In this document: positions 28,952 through 39,190 of the stretch, in pieces
Position numbering within the stretch: the first letter of the stretch is position 1
Layout of the letters: every line of letters begins with the position of its first letter
Assembly: GCA_046583365.1 (NCBI GenBank)
Contig: JAYGCL010000038.1
Coordinates: 9,720-73,719 of the forward strand
Source: Deltaproteobacteria bacterium
Lineage (GTDB): Bacteria > Desulfobacterota > Binatia > UBA1149 > CAYXZP01
Reading direction: 5' to 3'
Length of the DNA: 64,000 bases
The notes under the pieces: generated by a model
The model's input: the letters and a program-made list of their open reading frames with translations, nothing else
The model's database searches: none
Told to the model about the DNA's origin: nothing
Translations under genes and position numbers: made by a program

Positions 28952-30490
28952 TCAAGCGGTCTCGATGCGTGGGAACAGAGCTTCGGGTTTTGACAGCAGG
29001 TGGCCGTCGGCGAAACTCTGTCCCCAGCACGGCGGCTGCTGCCCGAGGTCGCCCGGGTCAGTGTTGAGCAAAGCTGCCATGCGTGCGGCCGTCTCCGGCA
29101 TGAAAGGCCCGATGAGCCGGGCCGTGTGTCTGACGGCGTCGCAAAGGACATGGAGAATCTCGCCGACCCTCTCTTTATTGGCCACGTCCTTCCACAGCTT
29201 GAATGGGGCCGTCTCCACGATGTATTTGTCGCAGGCGGCAATGGCCTTCCATACATCGGCGAGTGCCAGGTGTAGAGACATCGCCTCAACGTGTTTTTTG
29301 AGATTGTCTTCGGCGGTCAGGAATGCGTCGCGCAGCGCCGCTTCCATGCCGGTGAGGTCCCCCGATAGTTTTTGTATACGGCCGTCAAAATAACGTTGCT
29401 GCATGGCCAGAACGCGACTGGTGAGGTTGCCGAGTCCGTTTGAAAGGTCTGCATTGCAACGGGCCACGAAAGCATCTTCGGTAAAATTGGAATCCATACC
29501 AAAGGCCATTTCCCGTAAAAGGAAGTAACGGAAACTGTCCAGCCCGTAACGGTCGCGCATTTCCAAGGGGTGAATTACGTTGCCCAACGACTTCGACATT
29601 TTGCTATCACCCATAATCCAGTAGCCGTGCACGTTGAGCCTCTGGTACAGCGGCAGTCCCGCGGCCATCAGCATGGTGGGCCAGAATACGGCATGGGGCT
29701 TGAGAATATCCTTGGCTATGAAGTGATTGGCGGTGGGCCAGAATGCTTCGGATTCTTCGGGCCGAACTTCCCGCAGGCCGCTCAGGTAATTGAGCAGGGC
29801 GTCGAACCAGACGTAGGTCACGTAGCCGGAGTCGAACGGCAACTCGATGCCCCACTGCAGGCGGCTTTTGGGCCTCGATATGCACAAGTCTTCGAGCGGT
29901 TCGCGCAACAACCCGAGTACTTCGTTGCGATATCCGGACGGCCGGATGAACTCGGGGTTGGCGTTTATGTGGTCGAGGAGGCGTTGCTGATAGTTGCCCA
30001 TACGGAAGAAGTAGTTCTCTTCCTTTATCCACACTGGTTCCACTTGATGGTCGGGGCACTTGCCGTCAACCAGTTCGCGGTCGGCGTAGAAACGTTCACA
30101 CCCGGTACAGTAGTTGCCCCCGTACTCGCCGAAGTAGATGTCGCCGGATGCATGAATTTTCCCAAGCAACTCCTGTACGAAAGCCACATGGTAGGGTTCG
30201 GTGGTGCGTATGAAATTGTCGTAGGTGATGCCGCACTGGTCCCAGGTTGAGCGGAAAAGTTGGCTCATGCGGTCGGCGTAATCCTTGGGGGAACTGTTGC
30301 CGTTCTGGTGGGCGGCCTGGGCTATTTTGTCGCCGTGCTCATCGGTGCCGGTCTGAAAAACAACCTCGCGTCCCATCGAGCGATGGTAACGGGCCAGGGT
30401 GTCTACGAGCACGGTCGTGTAGGTGTGGCCGAGGTGTGGTTCGGCGTTTACGTAGTACAGGGGGGTGGTCAGATAAATTCGTTCGGTCAC
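28952..30490 (-). CDS. metG: methionine--tRNA ligase (short form)
   Basis: HLGH (AEPHLGHTYT) and KMSKS (KMSKSLGN) class I motifs, Zn knuckle cysteines. Confidence 0.9.
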   Translation of the reverse strand: MTERIYLTTPLYYVNAEPHLGHTYTTVLVDTLARYHRSMGREVVFQTGTDEHGDKIAQAAHQNGNSSPKDYADRMSQLFRSTWDQCGITYDNFIRTTEPYHVAFVQELLGKIHASGDIYFGEYGGNYCTGCERFYADRELVDGKCPDHQVEPVWIKEENYFFRMGNYQQRLLDHINANPEFIRPSGYRNEVLGLLREPLEDLCISRPKSRLQWGIELPFDSGYVTYVWFDALLNYLSGLREVRPEESEAFWPTANHFIAKDILKPHAVFWPTMLMAAGLPLYQRLNVHGYWIMGDSKMSKSLGNVIHPLEMRDRYGLDSFRYFLLREMAFGMDSNFTEDAFVARCNADLSNGLGNLTSRVLAMQQRYFDGRIQKLSGDLTGMEAALRDAFLTAEDNLKKHVEAMSLHLALADVWKAIAACDKYIVETAPFKLWKDVANKERVGEILHVLCDAVRHTARLIGPFMPETAARMAALLNTDPGDLGQQPPCWGQSFADGHLLSKPEALFPRIETA

Positions 30491-31482
30491 TGTGAGGCCA
30501 TGCTTATCAGGAGGTTTTTTATCGCCAGCTTGGCATTGGCGTTGGCGAGCAGCGACCGCATGGTCGTACGGGTAAGCTCGGCCTCGGCCAACAGGCGCCG
30601 GGTGTCGTTACGGCCAAGGGTGCCGAGAGCCGCATCCAACACGTCGCTTTCGGCCGCCACCGGCCAGCCGAGGCTGGCACGGACCTTGGCCACTTGCCAC
30701 TCGAGCAGGTCTTCAAGACCGGGGCCCTCGTTGCTGTGGGTGGCCTGGGATTGGATGAGCCGTTCGGCAAGCCCTTCTGGAGAGGCCTGCCTGGATGAAA
30801 ACTCTTCGAAGTCTTCGAACAGGCGGCGACGCTCGTCGAGGCTCTCCTCGTCGTGGGCCAACGCGCGTCCGGCACTACCCCGGCTGGCCAGAGCGGCTCG
30901 CCGGGCCAGGTCCGGGCTGCGGCCGGCTTGCGCGAGGATGTCGGTGACCGTGTCGTCGGTCAGGGGTCCGAAACGTATCAGGCGACAACGCGAACGTATG
31001 GTTGGCAGCAGTGAGGACGGGTTGTCGGCCACCAGCACGATGACGGCAAAACCCGGTGGTTCCTCAAGCAGTTTGAGAAGGGAACTCTGGGCCGGAAGAC
31101 TCAGGCGGCCGGCCTCTTTTATGATGGCAATGCGTGGTCCCGGCCTCAACGGTTTGAACGCCATGCGGCGGATCAGATCCCTGGTCTCGGCGATGGCTAT
31201 TGCCTTGGCGGCCTCGGCGGGTTCCAGCACTATGAGGTCCGCATGGCTGCCGGCGGCTATCTGCCTGCAGTCGGGACAGGTGCCGGTGCAGGCGACTCCC
31301 TGCCGGCATTTGAGTCTGGCTGCCCACCACAGAGCGGTTTTGAATTTTCCGATCCCCGGCCTGCCGGCCATAATGATGGCGTGTTGGAGGCGGGTCTGCC
31401 CGCTGCCGGACCCGGCGGCCAGCCTTTCGAGTTGGGCGGTTATTGTTTCGTTGCCGAGGGGTCTTGCCGGCGGGTCCGTCAC
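30487..31482 (-). CDS. holB: DNA polymerase III subunit delta'
   Basis: AAA+ clamp-loader fold (HAIIMAGRPGIGKFKTA), zinc module CTGTCPDCRQI; tmk-holB gene order conserved. Confidence 0.8.
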   Translation of the reverse strand: MTDPPARPLGNETITAQLERLAAGSGSGQTRLQHAIIMAGRPGIGKFKTALWWAARLKCRQGVACTGTCPDCRQIAAGSHADLIVLEPAEAAKAIAIAETRDLIRRMAFKPLRPGPRIAIIKEAGRLSLPAQSSLLKLLEEPPGFAVIVLVADNPSSLLPTIRSRCRLIRFGPLTDDTVTDILAQAGRSPDLARRAALASRGSAGRALAHDEESLDERRRLFEDFEEFSSRQASPEGLAERLIQSQATHSNEGPGLEDLLEWQVAKVRASLGWPVAAESDVLDAALGTLGRNDTRRLLAEAELTRTTMRSLLANANAKLAIKNLLISMASQ

Positions 31483-32135
31483 GACAGGCGCCGTTCTACC
31501 TCCGCGATTACCATCGCGGTGATGTCCTCCAGCTCCAGACTTCCATCTATACGCACGATACGGTCGGGGTTGCTGCGGTGCAGTTCGACGAAGCCTGCAC
31601 GTACGTGCTCATGGAACTCAAGGGGCTCGGCCTCAAAACGGTCGCTGGGCCCGCCGGTTTTTTTTATCGCCCTTCTCAAGCCGGTCTCTACGTCACAGTC
31701 GATCCATATGGTCAGGTCGGGAACAAGGTCGAGAGATGCCCACTGGTTGAGTTCGCGTACGCGGTCGAGATTGTGACAACGGCCATAGCCCTGGTAGGCC
31801 ATAGTCGAGTCTGAGTAGCGGTCGCAGAGGACCACGTCTCCACGTTTTAAGGCCGGGCGTAGGACCGAAGCCACGTGCTGGGCGCGGTCGGCCAGAAAGA
31901 GCAGGAGTTCGGCGGTGCGTTCGAGAGGGTTGTCGGGGTCCGACAGCATACGGCGGATTTCCCTGGTCTCCCTGGTGCCGCCAGGCTCGCGTGTGGTGAC
32001 CACGGTGTGGCCTCGTTTTTCCAGATGATCGGCCAACAGGGCCACCTGGGTGGTTTTGCCCGAACCCTCGACGCCCTCAAAAGTTACGAACAGCGACACC
32101 GCGCCCGATACTAGAGGCGGGCTTCGAAATCGCAA
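31479..32135 (-). CDS. tmk: thymidylate kinase
   Basis: P-loop FVTFEGVEGSGKTTQ and DRY(SD) lid motif. Confidence 0.9.
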   Translation of the reverse strand: MRFRSPPLVSGAVSLFVTFEGVEGSGKTTQVALLADHLEKRGHTVVTTREPGGTRETREIRRMLSDPDNPLERTAELLLFLADRAQHVASVLRPALKRGDVVLCDRYSDSTMAYQGYGRCHNLDRVRELNQWASLDLVPDLTIWIDCDVETGLRRAIKKTGGPSDRFEAEPLEFHEHVRAGFVELHRSNPDRIVRIDGSLELEDITAMVIAEVERRLS

Positions 32136-32387
32136 CCTTGTCCGTGGTCTTCCACCGTTGTGTGGGCAGTGCGCGTGGCGTTGGTACAGACCGCCACGGC
32201 GGTAACGTGGCAGGAGGAAGGCCCGAGCCGTTGTGCATTGATGACCAGCCAGGAAAGTCCGCTGCCGGCGAGTTCACGGCCGAGTGCAGCAGTGTCGAGG
32301 CCGGGGTCTGTACGGGTGGCCGAGAATATGGCCAGGCCGGAACGGGCCGCGTAGCGGGCGCACAGAGCCTCGCGGTGGGCTGCCAAC

Positions 32388-32675
32388 TCAGCCGCCAGGC
32401 CGCCCACGGCGGCTGTGGCCGGGACCGACCACTGTGATGCTGCCGTCGGGTTGCCTTTCCAGTGCTACGCTCTGGCCCGTAAGATAAGCTTGGCGGCGGG
32501 CCTCCAGAAAAGACAGTACCAGACCGCGACGGGCGGTGCCGAGGTAGACAGCCGAGCGTAGACGGGCGGTGGTGGTGAGCACGGTTGTGGCGCAGACCGC
32601 CACCAGGACCAGGACGGCGAGCAACTCGACCAGCCCGCTGCCGCTGTTGGATTGGAGTCCGGCGGTCACCTGCAT
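32388..32675 (-). CDS. pseudopilin/minor-pilin-like protein (GspH/FimT-type N-terminus), probably truncated
   Basis: Prepilin-like N-terminus NSG-SGLVELLAVLVLVAV (Gly then Glu at +5, hydrophobic helix), followed by TARLRSAVYLGTARRGLVL resembling the GspH/FimT fold start. ORF is only 95 aa; a +1 frame (32111-32407) continues open into tmk, suggesting a frameshifted remnant. Confidence 0.3.
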   Translation of the reverse strand: MQVTAGLQSNSGSGLVELLAVLVLVAVCATTVLTTTARLRSAVYLGTARRGLVLSFLEARRQAYLTGQSVALERQPDGSITVVGPGHSRRGRPGG

Positions 32676-32783
32676 AGTGCTGGCACGGGCGGTCGAGGAG
32701 AGTCAATGGCCCGGGTGTAATAAGGGTAAGAGCAGGGGCGGCCACATGGACTTAACTCCCGAAGACGGTTAGGAGGACGGGTC

Positions 32784-33977
32784 GTGGACCTCAGCTTTGG
32801 TGACAACTACGAAGACTTTCGTCGCCAGACTTGTGAATTCCTCGATAAAAATCGTGACCGCGCGCCCGCGGCCGGCATGGGTGCGGGCGACATCACAGAC
32901 CTGTCCAGAGGCTGGCAGACCCGGCTTATCGAACATGGCTACGCGGCCCGCACCATCCCGGAAGAGTACGGTGGTTTTGGTGGAGAGCCCGACCCTCTCA
33001 TCGACATCATTATAGATGAAGAGTTCCGCCGTGCCGGTGTCGCCGGACCGATGATGAACCAGGGCATATCCATGCTGGTGCCGACCTTGCTCGAGTACGG
33101 CAACGAGGAACATAAACGTTCCTACATCGGCCCCACCATTCGTGGTGAGATGATCTGGTGCCAAGGTTACAGCGAACCGGGTGCCGGCAGTGACCTGGCC
33201 GGGTTGAGGACCTCGGCTGTGGTCGATGGCGATGATTTTGTCGTCAACGGCCAGAAGATCTGGACCAGCACGGCCAGGGAAGCCGCCATGATGTTTGCGC
33301 TGGTAAGAACCGAACCCGACACCTCCAAGCATGCCGGCATCAGCTATCTGCTGCTTTCCATGGACAGTAAAGGGTTGGAAGTCAGGCCTCTCAAGACAAT
33401 GACGGGCGCGTCTTCGTTTAACGAAGTCTTTTTTGACGACGTACGTGTGCCCAGGACCAACCTGGTGGGTGCCCGTGGCCAGGGTTGGGAAATAGGCACC
33501 GCCACGCTGGTTTTTGAACGCAACATGTTGGGCAGCACCTCGCAGACCGAAACCATATTCAAAAACCTGGTGGCCGTGGCCGAGGATTTCGGTGTTCTTA
33601 GCGATGCCGGTTTCCGCCAGCGTCTTGTCGAGTTGCAGGCCCGTGTCCTGGCAATGAAGTACCACTCGCTCCGCTTGCTTACCGACAAACTGCAAAAGCG
33701 TGCCTCGGGGGCTGCCGGACTGGTAACCAAACTCAACGGTTGCCAGCTCAACCACGACATATGCGCCCTGGCCATCGATGCGATGGAGGAGTCGGGAGTG
33801 TTCGCCAAACATTCCAAGGGCGCGCGCGACAATGGTGAGTGGCAGGCCCAGTACATGTTCTCACTGGGTATGATTATTGGTGGGGGCACCGCGCAGATTC
33901 AGAAAAACATCATTGCCGAGCGTGGTCTCGGCATGCCCAGGGAACCCAGGGCGGCAGTCAGTGGGGGGGAGTCCTAG
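32784..33977 (+). CDS. acyl-CoA dehydrogenase family protein (subunit 1 of a tandem pair)
   Basis: ACAD N-, middle beta-barrel and C-terminal helical domains (CQGYSEPGAGSDLA, GQKIWTS, QIQKNIIAER). Confidence 0.8.
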   Translation: MDLSFGDNYEDFRRQTCEFLDKNRDRAPAAGMGAGDITDLSRGWQTRLIEHGYAARTIPEEYGGFGGEPDPLIDIIIDEEFRRAGVAGPMMNQGISMLVPTLLEYGNEEHKRSYIGPTIRGEMIWCQGYSEPGAGSDLAGLRTSAVVDGDDFVVNGQKIWTSTAREAAMMFALVRTEPDTSKHAGISYLLLSMDSKGLEVRPLKTMTGASSFNEVFFDDVRVPRTNLVGARGQGWEIGTATLVFERNMLGSTSQTETIFKNLVAVAEDFGVLSDAGFRQRLVELQARVLAMKYHSLRLLTDKLQKRASGAAGLVTKLNGCQLNHDICALAIDAMEESGVFAKHSKGARDNGEWQAQYMFSLGMIIGGGTAQIQKNIIAERGLGMPREPRAAVSGGES

Positions 33978-35063
33978 GTGGAGTTCGGACTTTCCTCGGA
34001 CCAGGCACTCTTTGCCGAGTCCCTGCGCGGCTATCTTGGCGAACATTTTCCCATCACAAAGGTGCGCTCCGTGATGGAGAGTGCCGAGGGCCGCGACCAG
34101 GAGCTTGCCAGTGGTTTGGCCGGCCAGGGCGTGGCCGGCCTGCTGATAGCCGAAGAGTTCGGCGGTTCGGCCCTGGGCTTGGTGGAGGCGGTCGTGGCTG
34201 CCGAAGAACTCGGCCGGGCCGCCGCAACCTGGTCTTTTCATACGGCCTCGGTGATGGCCCCGCTGGCCCTGGCCCTGGCTGGGAGCCAGCAACAAAAGCA
34301 CGACTGGTTGCCGGCCCTGGCCACAGCCCGCTCCCACCTGAGTTTCACCGCCGGGGATTTAACGCTTCGCGATGACCGTCTGACGGGCAGTCTGCCGGTT
34401 GTGGCCGATGCCGCCTATGCCGAGGCTTTTATCGTAGCTGCCGCTTGTGACGGCACCACCTCTTTGCTGCTGGTTCCGCGCCAGGCCGCGGGTCTGACGG
34501 TCGATGTTCTTGCAACGGTTGACCAGACCAGAAGGGTGGGGGCGGTAACCTTCGATGGCGTAGAGGTGGACGAGAGCATGCGTTTGGTGGCCGGCCACGG
34601 CCCTGAACTCTGCCAACGCATCGTGGATGCCGGCCGCATAGTACTTGCGGCCGACATGCTCGGCGCCGCCCAGCGCGTTCTGGAACTGTCGGTGGAGTAT
34701 GCCATGACCCGCCGTCAGTTTGGCCGGCCGGTGGGTTCTTTTCAGTCGGTCAAACACATGTGCGCAGAAACTGTGGCCGAAGTAGAGCCGTTACGTTCGT
34801 TGTTGTGGTACGCGGCCTTGGCCTGGCAGGAGAGACGCGAGGATGCATCCGTGGTTGCGTCTTTACTCAAAGCCCACGCCGCCGAGGTCGCCACCCGCGC
34901 CGTGACCACCGCTACCCAGGTGTTCGGAGGCATGGGTTTTACCTGGGAGTGCGACGTACACATCTGGTTCAAGCGTGTGGGCTACGACCGTCAAATGTTT
35001 GGTGGGCCGGCTGTCTGTCGGCAACACGCGGCGCTATTACAGTTCGGTGCCCCGGCCTCGTAG
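33978..35063 (+). CDS. acyl-CoA dehydrogenase family protein (subunit 2 of a tandem pair)
   Basis: ACAD fold blocks (QFGRPVGSFQ, QVFGGMGF); starts directly after the stop of the upstream ACAD. Confidence 0.7.
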   Translation: MEFGLSSDQALFAESLRGYLGEHFPITKVRSVMESAEGRDQELASGLAGQGVAGLLIAEEFGGSALGLVEAVVAAEELGRAAATWSFHTASVMAPLALALAGSQQQKHDWLPALATARSHLSFTAGDLTLRDDRLTGSLPVVADAAYAEAFIVAAACDGTTSLLLVPRQAAGLTVDVLATVDQTRRVGAVTFDGVEVDESMRLVAGHGPELCQRIVDAGRIVLAADMLGAAQRVLELSVEYAMTRRQFGRPVGSFQSVKHMCAETVAEVEPLRSLLWYAALAWQERREDASVVASLLKAHAAEVATRAVTTATQVFGGMGFTWECDVHIWFKRVGYDRQMFGGPAVCRQHAALLQFGAPAS

Positions 35064-35075
35064 TCCGTTTTGGGC

Positions 35076-35630
35076 TTACAGCTCCGGTAGCACCGGGGCG
35101 TCGGCGAGCAGCGGCGCGGCCGTGTCTTTGTCCGACAGCAGGGGGTCGGTCAGCGGCCAGTCGATGGCGATTGCCGGGTCGTTCCAGCGCACGGCCCTTT
35201 CGCAGTCGGGGGCGTAGTATCCGGTACAGGCATAAATAAAATCTGCCGTTTCACTTAACACGCAGAACCCATGGGCGAAGCCCGGTGGTATCCACATCTG
35301 CAGGCGGTTGGCGGCGCTGAGTTCATGTCCGGTCCAATGTCCGAAAGAAGGTGAACCACGGCGGACGTCGACGGCGACATCAAAAATCAATCCGGCAGAA
35401 ACCCACACAATTTTCCCCTGCCCCTCGGGTTCCTGAAAGTGGAGGCCACGCAGAGAGCCGTGGACGGAATGGGAGTGATTGATCTGGACGATTTCGGTGG
35501 GGGCATCGTCGCCGAGCAGGTTACGGTAGCTACGCAGGTTGACGCTTTCGAAAAACGATCCGCGCGTGTCGCCAAACACCCTGGGTTCGAAGATGAATAC
35601 TCCTTCGAGTCGGGTTGCAGAAATTTTCAC
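35076..35630 (-). CDS. rfbC: dTDP-4-dehydrorhamnose 3,5-epimerase
   Basis: RmlC cupin blocks ([29 protein letters not shown]). Confidence 0.85.
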   Translation of the reverse strand: MKISATRLEGVFIFEPRVFGDTRGSFFESVNLRSYRNLLGDDAPTEIVQINHSHSVHGSLRGLHFQEPEGQGKIVWVSAGLIFDVAVDVRRGSPSFGHWTGHELSAANRLQMWIPPGFAHGFCVLSETADFIYACTGYYAPDCERAVRWNDPAIAIDWPLTDPLLSDKDTAAPLLADAPVLPEL

Positions 35631-36526
35631 TGATCGCTTGCCACCGTGGCGAGGTAGGCGCCGTACTGGTTGTCCATCCCGGCCGCCAGGGTTTTGAGTT
35701 CTGTACGGTCTATGAAGCCCATGTGGTAGGCGATCTCTTCGAGACAGGCCACCTTGAGGCCCTGCCGGTCCTCTATGGCCTGGATGAAGTTAGAGGCCTG
35801 CAACAGAGCGGTATAAGTGCCGGTATCCAGCCAGGCTATACCGCGGCCAAGGCGTTCGACGGTGAGTTGGCCGTTGGCCATGTAGGCCCGGTTGACGTCG
35901 GTTATCTCCAACTCCCCGCGCGCCGACGGCTTAAGCGATGAGGCGATGTCGGTGACCTGTTCGTCGTAGAAGTAAAGGCCCGTCACGGCCCATTGTGACT
36001 TGGGGTGCTGTGGTTTTTCTTCCAGCGACAGGGCTTTGCCGGCTGAGTCAAAATCCACCACCCCGTAGCGCTCGGGGTCGCTCACCTGATAGGCAAACAC
36101 CGTGGCTCCACCCTCGTGGCTTGCGGCCTGCTTGAGAGAATCCCCCAGGCCATGGCCGAAGAAGATGTTGTCGCCCAGCACCAGGGCCACCGGCTTGCCA
36201 CCGATAAAGTCCCTGCCCACCAGAAAGGCATCGGCTATGCCCCTGGGTTCGGGTTGGGCTGCGTAGGAAATATCCAGACCCAGTTGCGAACCATCGCCGA
36301 GGAGTTCGCGAAAAATCCCGGTGTCACGCGGTGTGGTGATGATGAGTATGTTTGTGATGCCGGCCATCATGAGGGCCGAGAGCGGGTAGTAGACCATCGG
36401 CTTGTCGTAGACCGGCATCAGTTGCTTGGTGACTACCCGGGAAAGCGGGTGGAGCCGGGTGCCGGCACCGCCGGCCAGTACTATGCCTCTGTCTGTGTTC
36501 ACCTTGGCCGTCAGCGTCCCTTCCAC
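35627..36526 (-). CDS. rfbA: glucose-1-phosphate thymidylyltransferase
   Basis: [37 protein letters not shown] signature. ORF track extends 74 codons further upstream; GTG at 36526 gives a normal ~300-aa RmlA and a 4-nt overlap with rfbC. Confidence 0.85.
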   Translation of the reverse strand: MEGTLTAKVNTDRGIVLAGGAGTRLHPLSRVVTKQLMPVYDKPMVYYPLSALMMAGITNILIITTPRDTGIFRELLGDGSQLGLDISYAAQPEPRGIADAFLVGRDFIGGKPVALVLGDNIFFGHGLGDSLKQAASHEGGATVFAYQVSDPERYGVVDFDSAGKALSLEEKPQHPKSQWAVTGLYFYDEQVTDIASSLKPSARGELEITDVNRAYMANGQLTVERLGRGIAWLDTGTYTALLQASNFIQAIEDRQGLKVACLEEIAYHMGFIDRTELKTLAAGMDNQYGAYLATVASDQ

Positions 36527-37296
36527 TGTGGTTTTCTCTTTTCGGCAAAGGCGCGGGGGCCCTCGACGAAATCTTCGGAAGAAAAGAGCCGGCCGAGGCT
36601 GTCGAAGTTCAACCCCATCGCCTCTTTGAGGGTATGACCAAGACCGCCCATGGCCGACTCCTTGCTCGCCCGTATAGATAGAGGGGCGCACTGGCAGATC
36701 TCTTCGGCCCAGGCCAGGGCCCTCTCCATGAGCTGGTCGGGGGCACAAACCTCCTGGACCAGGCCCAGCCTCATGGCTTCGGCCGCGTCAATATGACGAC
36801 CCGTGAGCATCAGGGCCATGGCGTTTTTAAGGCCTATCTGTCTGGGCAGGCGGTGCATGCCACCGGCTAGAGCGGCCAGCCCCACGCGGGGTTCGGGAAG
36901 GCCGAAGCTGGCGTTTTCGCTGGCCACTATAATGTCGCTGGCCAGGGCGATTTCGAAACCACCGCCCAGGGCCACACCGCCCACGGCGGCAATGATGGGT
37001 TTTGTAAGGTCAAAACGATTGGTCAGGCCGCCGAAACCGGAAGACGGAAAAGAAAGGGAGCCTTTGTGTTCAGCTGTGTACTTAAGGTCGTTGCCGGCCG
37101 AGAAAGCCCGTGGCCCGGCACCTGTGACTATGCCCACCCACAGGTCCTCGGTCTCGGCAAAGAAATCCCAGGCCACGGCCATCTCCTGTTGTGCCGGCGG
37201 GTGCAGGGCGTTCATAACCTCGGGGCGGTTGATTGTGACGGTGAAGACGTGGCCCTGGGACTCGGTCTTGATGAATTCGTAATTGTGTTTTTCCAC
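36511..37296 (-). CDS. enoyl-CoA hydratase/isomerase (crotonase) family protein
   Basis: [18 protein letters not shown] and oxyanion-hole GGG blocks. Start uncertain: TTG 37341 (ORF track) or GTG 37296, which is preceded by a GGGGAG SD-like sequence. Confidence 0.75.
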   Translation of the reverse strand: MEKHNYEFIKTESQGHVFTVTINRPEVMNALHPPAQQEMAVAWDFFAETEDLWVGIVTGAGPRAFSAGNDLKYTAEHKGSLSFPSSGFGGLTNRFDLTKPIIAAVGGVALGGGFEIALASDIIVASENASFGLPEPRVGLAALAGGMHRLPRQIGLKNAMALMLTGRHIDAAEAMRLGLVQEVCAPDQLMERALAWAEEICQCAPLSIRASKESAMGGLGHTLKEAMGLNFDSLGRLFSSEDFVEGPRAFAEKRKPQWKGR

Positions 37297-37368
37297 TACA
37301 TCTCCCCGCGGCTCTGGGGCCGCCAGGCAAGTTTCGTACAAGGGACCGCAGGCCGCGGCAAGCGTGGG

Positions 37369-38139
37369 CTATCCCAGGGGGCCGCCCGTCAGGTACCAGC
37401 CAACCAGTGCCGGGCCGGAGAAAATATACAGTACCGACGCGGCGGCCAGGAAGGGGCCGAAGGGGATCTCGAGGTCCATCTTTCCGCGTCGCAGAACGAC
37501 CAGAGCCAGACCAAAAAAGGCTCCGCCAACCGATGAAATCAAGAGTGTGAACAGTACCGCTTCCCAGCCCAGTATGCCGCCTATCATGGCCAGAAGTTTG
37601 ACGTCACCCAGGCCCATACCTTCACGTTTACGCAGCAAGGCGTAGAGGTGGGCCACCCCCCACAGTATGCCGCCGCCCAGCGCGATGCCGGCAAGCGAGT
37701 TGAGCACGCTTATGTGGTCAACAAAAAAAGCCGCCGCGGGGGCCACCAGTATCGAAGGCAGGGTAATGACATCGGGGATTATGCGGTGGTCGATGTCTAT
37801 GAAGGTAACGACGATGAGGGTCGAGGTGAGGGTGAAAAAGAGCAGTATCTGGCGTGGGTCGGAAAATATCGAGACCAGGCCGAAAGCGAGCAGTGCGGTG
37901 GCGGCCTCGACCAGCGGGTAGCGTAACTGGATAGGTTCTTTACAATCGCGACAACGGCCGCCGAGCAGGGCATAGCTCAGGAGGGGTATATTGTCGTACC
38001 AGCGCACCGCGGCCTGGCAGTGGCGGCAGTGGGACGAAGGCGTGACGACCGACTCGTTGCGCGGTAGGCGTACGATACAGACGTTTAAGAAACTTCCGAC
38101 CACGAGGCCGGCCAGTAGTGCGGCTGACTCCAGCATCAA
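37369..38139 (-). CDS. pilD: prepilin peptidase (A24 family, type IV leader peptidase)
   Basis: N-terminal tetracysteine Zn motif (CRHC...CRDC) and two catalytic Asp-containing TM blocks (FIDIDHRIIPD, GLGDVKLLAMIG). Confidence 0.8.
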   Translation of the reverse strand: MMLESAALLAGLVVGSFLNVCIVRLPRNESVVTPSSHCRHCQAAVRWYDNIPLLSYALLGGRCRDCKEPIQLRYPLVEAATALLAFGLVSIFSDPRQILLFFTLTSTLIVVTFIDIDHRIIPDVITLPSILVAPAAAFFVDHISVLNSLAGIALGGGILWGVAHLYALLRKREGMGLGDVKLLAMIGGILGWEAVLFTLLISSVGGAFFGLALVVLRRGKMDLEIPFGPFLAAASVLYIFSGPALVGWYLTGGPLG

Positions 38140-38330
38140 GAACGCCGGATTGTGCTGCCACCGGCGTGGCGGGGCAAGGAGGGGTGTTCCTTAGCCCCTG
38201 GGCTGGGAACTGAGGGGCTCGTCACCGAGGCTGTCCCAGGTATAGCTACGCCGCCCCGAAGGGTGCTGGCTGAAGCTTGGAAGGCTTTCTGTCAATTGGG
38301 GTTTCCACTTATGTTCAGGTGATCAGCTGG

Positions 38331-39185
38331 TTAAATGGACAGGCCCAGAGCCTTGGCCATAACGGCCAGCGGGGCTTTGCGCCCGGTGAAAAATTTAAAA
38401 GCCGCGGCACCCTGGTGCAGCAGCATGAGGCGACCGTCGATGACCGGCCGTTTGTTTGCCAGCGCTGACTTCATAAATGGTGTGGGCTTGCCGCCATAGG
38501 CCAGGTCAAAGTGTATACAGTCGCCTCTGGTAGCCTCGATGTTGTAGTCGGGGGTCTTGCCTTTGAGCCCCAGGCTGGTGCAGTTGACGACCAGGCGGCG
38601 GTTTTCCAGAAGCGCTACATCTTCGAGTATCCCGAGACCGGCCGCTTGAATGGGGGTCGAGCGTCTTGAGAATTCGCGGGCCAGGCGTTTTGCTTTGGCA
38701 AGGGTACGGTTGGCGATGACCACGTCGGCAGCGCCGCCTTCGGCTAGGGCGTAGACTACCGCGCGGGCGGCCCCACCGGCTCCTATTACCAATACCGACT
38801 TGCCGCGCAGCCTCAGCCCGGCCGCACCGAGCGTGGACATGAATCCTGTCACATCGGTGTTCTCGCCGACAAGACGTCGGCCGTCGGTGTAGACCGTGTT
38901 GACCGCTCCCACGGCCCGCGCGGTTGGACTCAGGCGGTCAACGTGGCCTGTGGCGGCCTGTTTAAACGGCACCGTTATGTTGAGTCCGGCCAGCCCCAGC
39001 CGGCCTACCGCGCGCACCGCATCGCCAAGTCTGCGGGTGGTGGTGCGGAAGGGAACGTAGATGTAGTCCAGCCCCAGGCTGGCGAAGGCCGCGTTGTGCA
39101 TGCGTGGTGAGAGGCTGTGGTCGACGGGGTCGCCGATGATGCCCACCACCCTGGTGGTGCCCTCAACCGTTGGTTTGGCGGCCAT
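38331..39185 (-). CDS. aroE: shikimate dehydrogenase
   Basis: GIIGDPVDHSLSPRMHNAAF, NITVPFK, GAGGAARA Rossmann blocks. Confidence 0.85.
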   Translation of the reverse strand: MAAKPTVEGTTRVVGIIGDPVDHSLSPRMHNAAFASLGLDYIYVPFRTTTRRLGDAVRAVGRLGLAGLNITVPFKQAATGHVDRLSPTARAVGAVNTVYTDGRRLVGENTDVTGFMSTLGAAGLRLRGKSVLVIGAGGAARAVVYALAEGGAADVVIANRTLAKAKRLAREFSRRSTPIQAAGLGILEDVALLENRRLVVNCTSLGLKGKTPDYNIEATRGDCIHFDLAYGGKPTPFMKSALANKRPVIDGRLMLLHQGAAAFKFFTGRKAPLAVMAKALGLSI

Positions 39186-39190
39186 GGTGG

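Noticed and set aside
32077-32745. 222-aa minus-strand ORF spanning the tmk-upstream gap
   Set aside because: Pro/Arg/Ala-rich low-complexity translation typical of off-frame ORFs in high-GC DNA. Only the 95-aa prepilin-like frame shows protein-like features.
35076-36526. rmlA-rmlC as evidence of a complete dTDP-rhamnose / O-antigen locus
   Set aside because: rmlB and rmlD are not in the window, and the neighbours are ACAD/crotonase and pilD genes. Only a partial pathway is supported here.
38311-38375. tRNA-like D-arm-looking string (agctggttaaatgg) downstream of pilD
   Set aside because: It is the 3' coding end of aroE (minus strand; ...PLAVMAKALGLSI-stop). No T-loop GTTCGA-type motif or acceptor pairing.
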